A stretch of 64,000 bases of DNA from Eledone cirrhosa. Lineage: Eukaryota. How positions within the stretch are numbered: position 1 is the first letter of the stretch; every line of letters starts with the position of its first letter. Both the position numbers and the translations under genes were made by a program. The DNA lies in the NCBI GenBank assembly GCA_964016885.1, contig OZ024757.1, positions 35,092,001-35,156,000 of the forward strand, written 5' to 3'. The notes below the pieces were generated by a model. The model worked only from the letters and a program-made list of their open reading frames with translations. It did no database searches and was not told the origin of the DNA. This document shows, piece after piece, positions 1 to 12,550 of this stretch.

Positions 1-3000
1 ATGAAACGACAGAGAGAGAGACAGATGAAACGAGGGAGATAGAGATGAAACGAGAGAGGAAGAGAGAGATGGAACGAGAGAGAGGAAGAGAGAGATGAAA
101 CGAGAGAGAGGAAGACAGAGATGAATAGAGAGAGAGAGAGCGAGATGAAACGAGAGAGAGGAAGAGAGAGCGCGAGATGAAACGAGAGAGAGAGAGCGCG
201 AGATGAAACTCTGTCATGTAATGTTATGGACATATCTGCCCTTGGGGCTAATAATTGTCATGTAATGTTATGGACGTCTCTGCACCTGTGGCTAATAATT
301 CTGTCATGTAACGTTATGGACAACTCTGCCCCTGTGGCTAATAATTATGTCATGTAATGTTATGGACATCTCCGCCCCTGTGGCTAATAATTCTGACATG
401 TAATGTTATGGACATCTCTGCCCCTCTGGCTAATAATTCTGACATGTAATGTTATGGACATCTCTGCCCCTGTGGCTAATAAATCAGAATTATTAGCCAC
501 AGGGGCAGAGATGTCCATAACATTACATGTCAGAATTATTAGCCACAGGGGCAGAGATGTCCATAACATTACATGACAGATTTATTAGCCACAGGGGCAG
601 AGATGTTCATAACACTACATGTCAGAATTATTAGCCACAGGGGCAGAGATGTCCATAACATTACATTACATAATTATTAGCCACAGGGGCAGAGATGTCC
701 ATAACATTACATGACAGAATTATTAGCCACAGGGGCAGAGATGTCCATAACATTACATGACAATTATTAGCCCCAAGGGCAGATATGTCCATAACATTAC
801 TTGACAGACTTTCATCTCGCGCTCTCTCTCTCGTTTCATCTCGCACTCTCTCTCTTCCTCTCTCTCGTTTCATCTCGCTCTCTCTCTCTGGTTTCATCTC
901 GCGTTAACTCTCTTCCTCTCTCTCGTTTCATCTCTCTCTCTCGTTTCATCTCTATCTCCCTCGTTTCATCTGTCTCTCTCTCTGTCGTTTCATCTCCCTC
1001 TAACTCTCTCTCGCTCTCTCGTTTCATCTCTCTCTCCCTCTCGTTTCATCTCGCTCTCTCTCTCCTGTTTCATCTCGCTCTCTCTCTCCTGTTTCATCTC
1101 GCTCTCTCTCTCCTGTTTCATCTCGCTCTCTACTCTCGTTTCCTCTCTCTCATATCCTCTCTCTCGTTTCCTCTCTCTCTCGTTTCCTCTCTCTCTCGTT
1201 TCCTCTAGCTCTCACTCTCTCGTTTCATCTCGCTCTCTCTCTCTCATTTCATCTCGCTCTCTCTCTCTCGTTTCATCTCGCTCTCTCTGTCTCGTTTCAT
1301 TTCGCTCTCTCTCTCTCTCATTTCATCTCGCTATCTCTATCTCGTTTCATCCCGCTCTCTCTGTCTCGTTTCATCTCGCTCTCTCTCTCTCATTTCATCT
1401 CGCTCTCTCTCTCTCATTTCATCTCGCTCTCTCTCTCTCTCGTTTCATCTCGCTCTCACTCTCTCATTTCATCTCGCTCTCTCTCTCTCGTTTGATCTCG
1501 CTCTCACTCTATCTTCCTCTCTCTCTCTTGTTTCAACACTCTAATCCCTCACTTGTTTCATCTCTCTCAGATTTATTAGCCACAGGGGCAGAGATGTCCA
1601 TAACATTACTTGACGAATTTATTAGCCACAGGGGCAGAGATGTCCATAACATTACATGACAGAATTATTAGCCACAGGGGCAGAGATGTCCATAACATTA
1701 CATGACATAATTATTAGCCACAGGGGCAGAGATGTCCATAACATTACATGACAGAATTATTAGCCACAGGGGCAGAGATGTACATAACATTACATGACAA
1801 TTATTAGCCCCAAGGGCAGATATGTCCATAACATTACATGACAATCATTAGTCCCAAGGGCAGATATGTCCATAACATTACATGACAGACTTTAATCTCG
1901 CGCTCTCTCTCTCTCGTTTCATCTCGCCCTCTCTCTCTTCCTCTCTCTCGTTTCATCTCGCTCTCTCTCTCTCTCGTTTCATCTCGCGCTCTCTCTCTTC
2001 CTCTCTCTCTTCCTCTCTCTCGTTTCATATCGCTCTCTCTCTCTCTCGTTTCATCTTTGTCTTCCTCTCTCTCGTTCCATCTCTCTCTTCCTCTCTCTCT
2101 CTTTCCATCTCTCTCTCGTTTCATCTAGCTCTCACTCTCTCGTTTCATCTCGCTCTCTCTGTCTCGTTCCATCTCGCTCTCACTCTCTCGTTTCATCTCG
2201 CTCTCTCGTTTCATCTCTATCTCCCTCGTTTCATCTGTCTCTCTCTCTGTCGTTTCATCTCCCTCTATCTCTCTCTCGCTCTCTCGTTTCATCTCACCCT
2301 CCCTCTCGTTTCATCTAGCTCACACTCTCTCGTTTCATCTTGCTCTCTCTGTTTCGTTCCATCTCGCTCTCACTCTCTCGTTTCATCTCGCTCTCTCTGT
2401 CTCTCATTTCATCTCGATCTCTCTGTCTCGTTTCATCCCGCTCTCTCTGTCTCGTTTCATCTCGCTCTCTCTCTCTCATTTCATCTCGCTCTCTCTCTCA
2501 TTTCATCTCGCTCTCTCTCTCTCTCTCGTTTCATCTCACTCTCACTCTCTCATTTCATCTCGCTCTCTCTCTCTCGTTTCATCACGCGCTCTCTCTCTTC
2601 CTCTCTCTCGTTCCATCTCTCTCTTCCTCTCTCTCGTTCCATCTCTCTCTTCCTCTCTCTTGTTTCATCTCTCTCTCTCGTTTCATCTCTATCTCCCTCG
2701 TTTCATCTGTCTCTCTCTCTGTCGTTTCATCTCCCTCTATCTCTCTCTCGCTCTCTCGTTTCATCTCTCTCTCCCTCTCATTTCATCTCGCTCTCTCTCT
2801 CCTGTTTCATCTCGCACTCTCTCTCTCCTGTTTCATCTCGCTCTCTACTCTCGTTTCCTCACTCTCGTTTCCTCTCTCTCTCTCGTTTCCTCTCTCTCTC
2901 GTTTCATGTAGCTCTCACTCTCTCGTTTCATCTCGCTCTCTCTCTCGCATTTCATCTCGCTCTCTCTCTCTCGTTTCATCTCGCTCTCTCTGTCTCGTTT

Positions 3001-6000
3001 CATCTCGCTCTCTCTGTCTCTCATTTCATCTCGCTCTCTCTGTCTCGTTTCATCCCACTCTCTCTGTCTCGTTTCATCTCGCTCTCTCTCTCTCATTTCA
3101 TCTCGCTCTCTCTCTCTCATTTCATCTCGCTCTCTCTCTCTCGTTTCATCTCGCTCTCACTCTCTCATTTCATCTCGCTCTCTCTCTCTCATTTCATCTC
3201 GCTCTCTCTCTCTCGTTTGAACTCGCTCTCACTCTCTCTTCCTCTCTCTCTCTTGTTTCAACACTTTAATCCCTCACTTGTTTCATCTCTCTCTAATCCC
3301 TCAATTATTTCATCTCTCTCAGAATTATTAGCCACAGGGGCAGAGATGTCCATAACGTTACATGTCAGAATTATTAGCCACAGGGGCAGAGATGTCCATA
3401 ACATTACATGTCAGAATTATTAGCCACAGGGGCAGAGATGTCCATAACATTACATGACGAATTTATTAGCCACAGGGGCAGAGATGTCCATAACATTACA
3501 TGACAGAATTATTAGCCACAGAGGCAGAGATGTCCATAACATTACATGACAGAATTATTAGCCACAGGGGCAGAGATGGCCATAACATTACATGACAGAA
3601 TTATTAGCCACAGGGGCAGAGATGTCCATAACATTACATGACAATTATTAGCCCCCAGGGCAGATATGTCCATAACATTACATGACAGACTTTCATCTCG
3701 CGCTCTCTCGTTTCATCTCGCGCTCTCTCTCTTCCTCTCTCTCGTTTTATCTCACTCTCTCTCTCTCTCTCTTTTCATCTCGCACTCTCTCACTTCCTCT
3801 CTCTCGTTTTATCTTGCTCTCTCTCTCTCGTTTCATCTCTGTCTTCCTCTCTCTCGTTCCATCTCTCTCTTGTTTCATCTCTCTCTCTCGTTTCATCTCT
3901 ATCTCCCTCGTTTCATCTGTCTCTCTCTCTGTCGTTTCATCTCCCTCTATCTCTCTCTCGCTCTCTCGTTTCATCTCTCTCTCCCTCTCGTTTCATCTCG
4001 CTCTCTCTCTCTCATTTCATCTCGCTCTCTCTCTCTCATTTCATCTCGCTCTCTCTGTCTCGTTTCATCCCGCTCTCTCTGTCTCGTTTCATCTCGCTCT
4101 CTCTCTCTCATTTCATCTCGCTCCCTCTCTCTCATTTAATCTCGCTCTCTCTCTCTCGTTTCATCTCGCTCTCTCTGTCTCGTTTCATCTCGCTCTCTCT
4201 CTCTCTCATTTCATCTCGCTCTCTCTGTCTCGTTTCATCCCGCTCTCTCTGTCTCGTTTCATCTCACTCTCTCTCTCTCATTTCATCTCGCTCTCTCTCT
4301 CTCATTTCATCTCGCTCTCTCTCTCTCGTTTCATCTCGCTCACACTCTCTCATTTCATCTCGCTCTCTCTCTCTCGTTTGATCTCGCTCTCACTCTCTCT
4401 TCCTCTCTCTCTCTTGTTTCAACACTTTAATCCCTCACTTGTTTCATCTCTCTCTAATCCCTCACTTGTTTCATCTCTCTTAGAATTATTAGCCACAGGG
4501 GCAGAGATGTCCATAACATTACATGACAGATTTATTAGCCACAGGGGCAGAGATGTCCATAACATTACATGACGAATTTATTAGCCACAGGGGCAGAGAT
4601 GTCCATAACATTACATGACAGAATTATTAGCCACAGGGGCAGAGATGGCCATAACATTACATGTCAGAATTATTAGCCACAGGGGCAGAGATGTCCATAA
4701 CATTACATGACAATTATTAGCCCCTAGGGCAGATATGTCCATAACATTACATGACAGACTTTCATCTCGCGCTCTCTCTCGTTTCATCTCGCGCTCTCTC
4801 TTCCTCTCTCTCGTTTCATCTAACTCTCTCTCTCGTTTCATCTCGCACTCTCTCTCTTCCTCTCTCTCGTTTCATCTTGCTCTCTCTCTCTCTCGTTTCA
4901 TCTCTGTCTTCCTCTCTCTCGTTCCATCTCTCTCTTCCTCTCTCTCGTTCCATCTCTCTCTTCCTCTCTCTCATTTCATCTCTCTCTCTCGTTTCATCTC
5001 TATGTCCCTCGTTTCATCTGTCTCTCTCTCTGTCGTTTCATCTCCCTCTATCTCTCTCTCGCTCTCTCGTTTCATCTCTCTCTCCCTCTCGTTTCATCTC
5101 GCTCTCTCTCTCTCCTGTTTCATCTCGCTCTCTCTCTCCTGTTTCATCTCGCTCTCTACTCTCGTTTCCTCTCTCTCGTTTCCTCTCTCTCTCGTTTCCT
5201 TTCTCTCTCGTTTCATCTAGCTCTCAATCTCTCGTTTCATCTCGCCCTCTCTGTCTCGTTCCATCTCGCTCTCACTCTCTCCTTTCATCTCGCTCTCTCT
5301 CTCTCTCATTTCATCTCGCTCTCTCTCTCTCATTTCATCTCGCTCTCTCTCTCTCGTTTCATCTCGTTCTCTCTGTCTCGTTTCATCTCGCTCTCGCTCT
5401 CTCTGTCTCGTTTCATCCCGCTCTCTCTGTCTCGTTTCATCTCGCTCTCTCTCTCTCATTTCATCTCGCTCTCTCTCTCTCGCTTGATCTCGCTCTCACT
5501 CTCTCTTCCTCTCTCTTGTTTCAACACTCTAATCCCTCACTTGTTTCATCTCTCTCTAATCCCTCACTTGTTTCATTTCTCTCAGAATTATTAACCACAG
5601 GGGCAGAGATGTCCATAACATTACAGGTCAGAATTATTAGCCACAGGGGCAGAGATGTCCATAACATTACATGACAGAATTATTAGCCACAGGGGCAGAG
5701 ATGTCCATAACATTACATGACAGAATTATTAGCCACAGGGGCAGAGATGTCCATAACATTACATGACAATTATTAGCCCCAGGGGCAGATATGTCCATGA
5801 CGGAGTTTCATCTCGCGCTCTCTCTCTTCCTCTCTCTTATTTCATCTCGATCTCTCTGTCTCGTTTCATCCCGCTCTCTCTGTCTCGTTTCATCTCGCTC
5901 TCTCTCTCTCTCATTTCATCTCTCTCGCACTCTAACTCTTCCTCTCTCTCGTTTCATCTCGCGCTCTCTCTCTTCCTCTCTCTCGTTTCATCTCGCTCTC

Positions 6001-9000
6001 GGTCTCTCTCTCTCTCTCGTTTCATCTCGCGCTCTCTCTCTTCCTCTCTCTCGTTTCATCTCTCTCTCTGTCTCTCGTTTCATCTCTGTCTTCCTCTCTC
6101 TCGTTCCATCTCTCTCTTCCCCTCTCTCGTTCCATCTCTCTCTTCCTCTCTCTCGTTTCATCTCTCTCTCTCGTTTCATCTCTATCTCCCTCGTTTCATC
6201 TGTCTCTCTCTCTGTCATTTCATCTCCCTCTATCTCTCTCTCGCTCTCTCGTTTCATCTCTCTCTCCCTCTCGTTTCATCTCGCTCTCTCTCTCTCCTGT
6301 TTCATCTCGCTCTCTACTCTCGTTTCCTCTCTCTCGTTTCCTCTCTCTCGTTTCCTCTCTCTCTCTCGTTTCCTCTCTCTCTCATTTCATCTAGCTCTCA
6401 CACTCTCGTTTCATCTCGCTCTCTCTCTCTCTCTTTTCATCTCGCTCTCTCTCTCTCGTTTCATCTCGCTCTGTCTGTCTCGTTTCATCTCGCTCTCTCT
6501 CTCTCTCATTTCATCTCGCTCTCTCTGTCTCGTTTCATCCCGCTCTCTCTGTCTCGTTTTATCTATCTCGCTCTCTCTCTCTCATTTCATCTCGCTCTCT
6601 CTCTCTCATTTCATCTCGCTCTCTCTCTCTCTCGTTTCATCTCGCTCTCACTCTCTCATTTCATCTCGCTCTCACTCTCTCTTCCTCTCTCTCTCTTGTT
6701 TCAACACTCTAATCCCTCACTTGTTTCATCTCTCTCTAATCCCTCACTTGTTTCATCTCTCTCAGAATTATTAGCCACAGGGGCAGAGATGTCCATAACG
6801 TTACATGTCAGATTTATTAGCCACAGGGGCAGAGATGTCCATAACATTACATGTCAGAATTATTAGCCACAGGGGCAGAGTTGTCCATAACATTACATGA
6901 CAGATTTATTAGCCACAGGGGCAGAGATGTCCATAACATTACATGACAATTATTAGCCCCAAGGGCAGATATGTCTATAACATTACATGACAGACTTTCA
7001 TCTCGCGCTCTCTCTCTCTCGTTTCATCTCGCGCTCTCTCTTTTCCACTCTCTCGTTTCATCTCGCTCTCTCTCTCTCTCGTTTCATCTCGCGCTCTCTC
7101 TCTTCCTCTCTCTCATTTCATCTCGCTCTCTCTCTCTCTCGTTTCATCTCTGTCTTCCTCTCTCTAGTTCCATCTCTCTCTTCCTCCCTCTCGTTCCATC
7201 TCTCTCTTCCTCTCTCTCGTTTCATCTCGCTCTCACTCTCTCGTTTCATCTCGCTCTCTCTCTCTCATTTCATCTCGCTCTCTCTCTCTCGTTACATCTC
7301 GCTCTCTCTGTCTCGTTTCATCTCGCTCTCTCTCTCTCTCTCTCATTTCATCTCGCTCTCTCTGTCTCGTTTCATCCCGCTCTCTCTGTCTCGTTTCATC
7401 TCGCTCTCTCTCTCTCATTTCATCTCGCTCTCTCTCTTTCATTTCATCTCGCTCTCTCTCTCTCGTTTCATCTCGCTCTCACTCTCTCATTTCATCTCGC
7501 TCTCTCTCTCTCGTTTAATCTCGCTCTCACTCTCTCTTCCTCTCTCTTGTTTCAACCCTCTAATCCCTCACTTGTTTCATCTCTCTCAGAATTATTAGCC
7601 ACAGGGGCAGAGATCTCCATAACATTACATGTCAGAATTATTAGCCACAGGGGCAGAGATGTCCATAACATTACATGTCAGAATTATTAGCCACAGGGGC
7701 AGAGATGTCCATAACATTACATGACAGATTTATTAGCCACAGGGGCAGAGATGTCCATAACATTACATGACGAATTTATTAGCCACAGGGGCAGAGATGT
7801 CCATAACATTACATGTCAGAATTATTAGCTACAGGGGCAGAGATGTCCATAACATTACATGTCAGAATTATTAGCCACAGGGGCAGAGATGTCCATAACA
7901 TTACATGACAGAATTATTAGCCACAGGGGCAGAGATGTCCATAACATTACATGACAATTATTAGCCCCAGGGGCAGATATGTCCATGACAGAGTTTCATC
8001 TCGCGCTCTCTCTCTTCCTCTCTCTCGTTTCATCTCGCTCTCTCTCTCGTTTCATCTCGCTCTCTCGCTTCATCTCTCTCTCGTTTCATCTCGCTCTCTC
8101 TCTCTCTCTCTTTTCACCTCTGTCTTCCTCTCTCTAGTTTCATCTCTCTCTTCCTCTCTCTCATTCTATCTCTCTCTTCCTCTCTCTCGTTTCATCTCTA
8201 TCTCCCTCGTTTCAGCTGTCTCTCTCTCTGTCGTTTCATCTCCCTCTATCTCTCTCTCGCTCTCTCGTTTCATCTCTCTCTCCGTCTTGTTTCATCTCGC
8301 TCTCTCTCTCCTGTTTCATCTCGCTCTCTCTCTCCTGTTTCATCTCGCTCTCTACTCTCGTTTCCTCTCTCTCGTTTCCTCTCTCTCTCGTTTCATCTCT
8401 CTCTCGTTTCATCATTCTATGTCTCATTTCATCTCGCTCTCTCTCTCTCTCATTTCATCTCGTACTCTCTCTCTCTCTCTCATTTCATCTCGCTCTCACT
8501 CTCTTGTTTCATCTCGCTCTCTCACTCTCGTTTCATCTCGCTCTCTCTCTCTCGTTTCATCTCGCTCTCTCTCTCTCTCGTTTCATCCCGCTCTCTCTGT
8601 CTCGTTTCATCTCGCTCTCTCTCTCTCATTTCATCTCATCTCTCTCTCTCATTTCATCTCGCTCCCTCTCGTTTCATCTCGCTCTCAGTCTCTCGTTTCA
8701 TCTCTCTCTCACTCTCTCGTTTCATCTCGCTCTCCCTGTCTCGTTTCATCTCGCTCTCTCTCTCTCATTTCATCTCACTCTCTCTCTCTCATTTCATCTC
8801 GCTCTCTCTCTCTCTTCCTCTCTCTCTCTTGTTTCAACACTCTAATCCCTCACTTGTTTCATCTCTCTCTAATCCCTCACTTGTTTCATCTCTCACTTGT
8901 TTCAATTCTTTCTCTCTCTCTCTCTCTCGCTTTCTCTCCCCTCTCTCTTTCTCTCCCCTCTCTCTCTTGTTTCATCCCTCACCCTCTTGTTTCATCCCCC

Positions 9001-9316
9001 TCTCTCTTGTTTCATCCCCCTCTCTCCCTCTCTCTCTCTTCCCCTCTCTTCCTCTCTCTTCCTCTCTCTCTCTCTCTTCCTCTCTCTCTCTCTTTCACAC
9101 TATCTCCAACTCGTTTCATCACTCTCTCCCCTCTCTCCCCTCACCCTCTTGTTTCAACTCTCTCCTCGTTTCAACTCTCTCTCTCTCCTCTCTTGTTTCA
9201 ACTCTCTCACCTCTCGTTTCAACTCTCTCTCTCTCTCGTTCCAACTCTCTCTCTCTCACCTCTCGTTACAACTCTCTCTCTCTCACCTCTCGTTACAACT
9301 CTCTCTCTCTGTGTCT
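1..9316. repeat. Composite satellite: blocks of a 46-bp minisatellite alternating with CT-rich (TTTCATCTCGCTCTCTCTCTC-type) blocks, repeated as a ~0.8-1.75 kb higher-order unit
   Basis: 46-bp unit ATGTCCATAACATTACATG(T/A)CAGAATTATTAGCCACAGGGGCAGAG in blocks at ~485-808, 1568-1890, 3320-3690, 4483-4759, 5584-5800, 6764-6995 and 7588-7990, each followed by a polypyrimidine block usually ending in ...AATCCCTCACTTGTTTCATCTCTCTC. Positions 1-482 are the same sequence in reverse-complement orientation. Confidence 0.97.
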
Positions 9317-9517
9317 CCAATGTGTAATAAACCGTGACTCATATATATATACAGAAGAATGTACATAAACACACATACATACACGCATGTGTATATATAT
9401 ATACATACATGTGTCTCTCTCTCTCCCTATATATATGTACATATGTGTAAATATGTACATACATATTAGTGTATATATATTGCTATCTATATGCATATTT
9501 GTATAATTATACTGTAT

Positions 9518-9688
9518 GGTGAATTGGCAGTATCGGTAGAGGGTCTGACGCCATGCTTTCCAGCATAGTTACGTCCCTTTACGATCCGAGGTCAACTTTG
9601 CCTTTCATCCTTACGGGGTCGATAAAATACAGTACCAGTAATGTACTGGTTAATTACTGACCTTGTGCCTAAAATAGAAACAATTATT
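9518..9688 (+). mobile_element. tRNA-derived SINE, degenerate (Octopus-type); copies at ~22121-22291 and ~51948-52118
   Basis: A-box-like head GGTGAATTGGCAGTATCGGTAGAG, central GAGGTCAACTTTGCCTTTCATCCTTACGGGGTCGATAAAATACAGTACCAGT and tail CCTTGTGCCTAAAATAGAAACAATTATT. It is homologous to the SINE at 10356. The family assignment is from memory of octopus SINE consensus. Confidence 0.75.
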
Positions 9689-10251
9689 AGTTCAAAGAGA
9701 AACCACCATCATAGAGAAACCACCATCCTACCTGAAATATTATGTTCTCATATTAAATATTTCTTATACTGTCATGTTTTTTCTTTAAAACGATTGCATC
9801 TCAATAAAGTGAAGAAAACTATTATATACTGTTGTTATATCATTATACTTTAGTTTTAACTTATTATTTCTATGTGTATAAATATAATGTATGTAAGTGT
9901 GTTTGAAAATATATAATAATAATATGCATGTTTGAAGCAGGGTTCAACTGAAATATCTACACCGGTAACTTAATTAGTGTTACACCTTAGGCATAAACTA
10001 TTTGGCATTCTTTGAAGGAGGTACTAGGTTTGTCGCTGTCTTAAATGGAGTATACACGCGCACACGATGCATATATATAACTTGTTTTTCTCTGTACAAA
10101 GAGATTGACATCATTTCTTAAATCATTATTTAGGGTTTTACAACAAAACATATTGTATGTGTAATTATACAAATTGAATTTAAGTATTTATTTTAAAATT
10201 TTACATACACTTTAGTAGTATATATATATATATATATATATTCATTTGTGA

Positions 10252-10990
10252 TGCCATGCATTGTATTGTACACTTCGACATATGGATTACATTCATGCAA
10301 CACCTCTCTTATCATAGCCATTTTTTGTGGTGAGCAGTCATTATTTGTTGGTACTAGGGCGGTGGATTGGCAGTATCGGTAGAGCGCCAGACACCATGCT
10401 TTACAGCATAGGGTTATGGCCCTTTACGTTCTGGGTTCAAATCCCTCCAAGGTTGACTTTGTTTTCATCCTTATGAGGTCGATAGAATAAAGTACCAGTA
10501 ATTGCTGGCCTTGTGCCAGAAACAATTATTTGGTTGTACTTCCAATCTGTGCTACATACCTTCGTTCCCATCAATAATATATAACTGGCCATATTGTGGT
10601 GTATTTTCTGCAGGTTACAGAGATGGGGGTGTAGTGATATGTTTGACCCTGAATATGAAAGCTATACGGGCCTCTGCCGGGTGGTAACACCAAATGAAGT
10701 GAAATAAATGTAGTTTTAATTGCAGATGTTTCTGTGAAATCAACTGCTTCCTGGCCTCTTTCAAAGAGATTTCTCAGTCTCTCAGGGTATATTTGCAATG
10801 GTGGCAACACAACCTTTCCTTTATTACAACAGTTACAATTTTCATTTCTAAATTTCAAAGCTCCACAGTGATCACACGAAACATTCATATCACTAATATG
10901 AAATTCTTCTACATTTCCATTAATATTAATTGTTGGCCAATTTCTCTTACGACGCTCATTATCCATTCTTCTCTGTCTGAATGTTTTCCA
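10252..10990 (-). pseudogene. Helitron RepHel N-terminal remnant (copy A; the rest of the gene would lie left of the satellite insertion, outside the window)
   Basis: ORF 10571..10966 has CDHCGALKFRNE..CCNKGKVVLPPL..YPE.L..LF and PPGRGPYSFHIQGQTYH, the Cys-rich and following motifs typical of the Helitron RepHel N-terminus. It is frameshifted and interrupted by a SINE. Confidence 0.85.
10356..10524 (+). mobile_element. tRNA-derived SINE inserted in the Helitron ORF, with a decayed 16-bp target-site duplication; copies at ~22946-23114, 38053-38221 and 52756-52924
   Basis: A-box-like GGTGGATTGGCAGTATCGGTAGAGCG and B-box GGGTTCAAATCCC, then GGTTGACTTTGTTTTCATCCTTATGAGGTCGATAGAATAAAGTACCAGT. Flanks are ATTATTTGTTGGTACT (10340-10355) and ATTATTTGGTTGTACT (10525-10540), 14/16 identical. 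Confidence 0.8.
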
Positions 10991-11334
10991 TTCTGTTGTT
11001 TATTATGTAATTAAATAGCTCTGTACAATACATAGAGCACTCTTCTTTTCTTTACCTTTTCTATGGAAATACAAGAAAAAACATATAAATATATATATAT
11101 ATGTATATACATAAACAAGACTGTTATTGCTCCAACCAGTCTATTTACCTTCGATAACTAAATATAAATACACCTATACCATACATACATATACGATATT
11201 TGTTTTTGATGCCGTAGTATTGCAGAGATAAGCAAGAAGAGAAAAGAAAATGAAAAGGAGAAAAAAAAAAGAAGAAGTCGGGGGAGGGACAGACACTTCA
11301 CCCCAGTCTAAGTGGTCCCTCAGCCGCAACTCGT

Positions 11335-11530
11335 GGAAGAAACGTAAAAGCGTTACCTCGGAGCAAGGCCAGAGACACCTGCTACAATAGTCGCCCCTCC
11401 TCACGAGGCTCCTGCCGTCTTTCCTACCGACTTTATGGAGGAAATCAGCACTACGGGGACCAAGTATGGCAGAGGTCTCAATGGAGTGGAAGAGGTGAGT
11501 CAGGCCTCGGTACTATCTTACTCTCCTCTG
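11335..11530 (-). mobile_element. CRE-like non-LTR retrotransposon 3' fragment 1 (C-terminus of restriction-like endonuclease); copies near 23975, 26745, 29425, 39040, 41825, 53785, 56285, 58980 and 61675
   Basis: Minus-strand translation across a frameshift (39 kb copy): RYYQGLTHLFHSIETSAILGPCTADFLHKVGRK ... EEGRLL*QVSLALLRGNAFTF. This matches the KY..L...F.P.A.ET.G..G ... QR.SLA..RGNA C-terminal pattern of CRE-type RLE elements. A probable 3' UTR runs to the (TA)n tract near 11090-11110. Confidence 0.7.
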
Positions 11531-11668
11531 CGTTGCGGGGTGTGGGGCCTAGGTTTGTGGCTGTAGCTATATTTGAACTTTTATATGAAATTTCAGTTTT
11601 ATATTTTTCACATCTTAAAACTTAATCTTAGTCTTTTGCAGCTCATCTTGTTTCATCTCGCAGCACAC

Positions 11669-11691
11669 GATTTGGGAACCACTGCTCTAGA
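11669..11691 (+). mobile_element. Probable hAT/Charlie-type transposon right end with target-like flank (repeated in most 2.7-kb units)
   Basis: GATTTGGGAACCACTG followed by CTCTAGAG. This resembles a Charlie-type TIR (reverse complement CAGTGGTTCCCAAA) and the NTCTAGAN target preference. The partner end was not located. Confidence 0.45.
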
Positions 11692-12360
11692 GATAGAAAA
11701 AGTATATTTTATGCAGGGCTTCCCTGAGACATAAAAACTATTTCAAGAGATCGACATGGGTAGAAAGGTTGAAAAATGCTGCACAATGTTCTTTGGTTTT
11801 TGTTCACCTTTAAATAATCATGTATAAAATATCGGGTGTGCAAGATTTCATGAAAAGGTATAACATTATTTATGCTGATCTTGCAGGGACTAGCTCCAAT
11901 TGAGAGTTGTACCAATTCCCACTAAACTCGAAACTCCTGGACAATATATACATATCTTTATAAGTTCGCTGTATAATGAAACATAAATATATACCATGCA
12001 TGTCAGTCAGATTTGAACTCACTATAATTGGCGTTTTATAGATATAATTTGTTTGTTAAAATAATTGATTAAATAATAACTAAATAAAATTAATTCTACA
12101 ATCCTGGATAGGGAATGAACTTATAACTTCATAATAGAAACCATCTATTCGAGCAGTATTGCCACCAGGTTACTTACAGAACTTCATTCAAATATAAAGT
12201 ATAAAATATATGCCAGACATAGTGAGTTGGAATCTGACTGATTAGTTGGTCATTGTCCCAGCCAACAGTTTAAATTGCCAACCGGTAGGTGATATCGACT
12301 AGGTTGGGAAAACTTGGTTAAGTAGCTCCAGTTATTGCTACGTTAGACATATTCAAGACT

Positions 12361-12466
12361 TATCGACACCGAATGGAAGAAAGGTAAAGTTGAACTCAGA
12401 GTAAAGAACTGGAAAAATACTGCAAAGAATTCTATCGGATGTTCTAACAATTCTACCAAATTACCT
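12361..12466 (-). mobile_element. Highly diverged SINE remnant of the same family as 9518 and 10356 (present in every 2.7-kb unit)
   Basis: Reverse complement reads GGTAATTTGGTAGAATTGTTAGAACATCCG...CTTTACTCTGAGTTCAACTTTACCTTTCTTCCATTCGGTGTCGATA, which is colinear with the other SINE copies. Confidence 0.6.
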
Positions 12467-12550
12467 TATGTATATATATTTATATCTAGAGATAAGAAGA
12501 AAACTGAAAGAAAGAAAAAAAGAAAAAAAAAAATGAGACCTTATATGTAA

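Noticed and set aside
485-7990. 46-bp repeats as a CRISPR array
   Set aside because: Units are directly adjacent with no unique spacers, there are no cas genes, and the context is eukaryotic.
661-9368. Long S/L/F/H/R-rich and ERE-rich ORFs (up to 513 aa), also at 20653-21973 and 50489-51800
   Set aside because: They are translations of CT/GA-rich satellite that lacks stop codons, open in several frames at once, with no domain signal.
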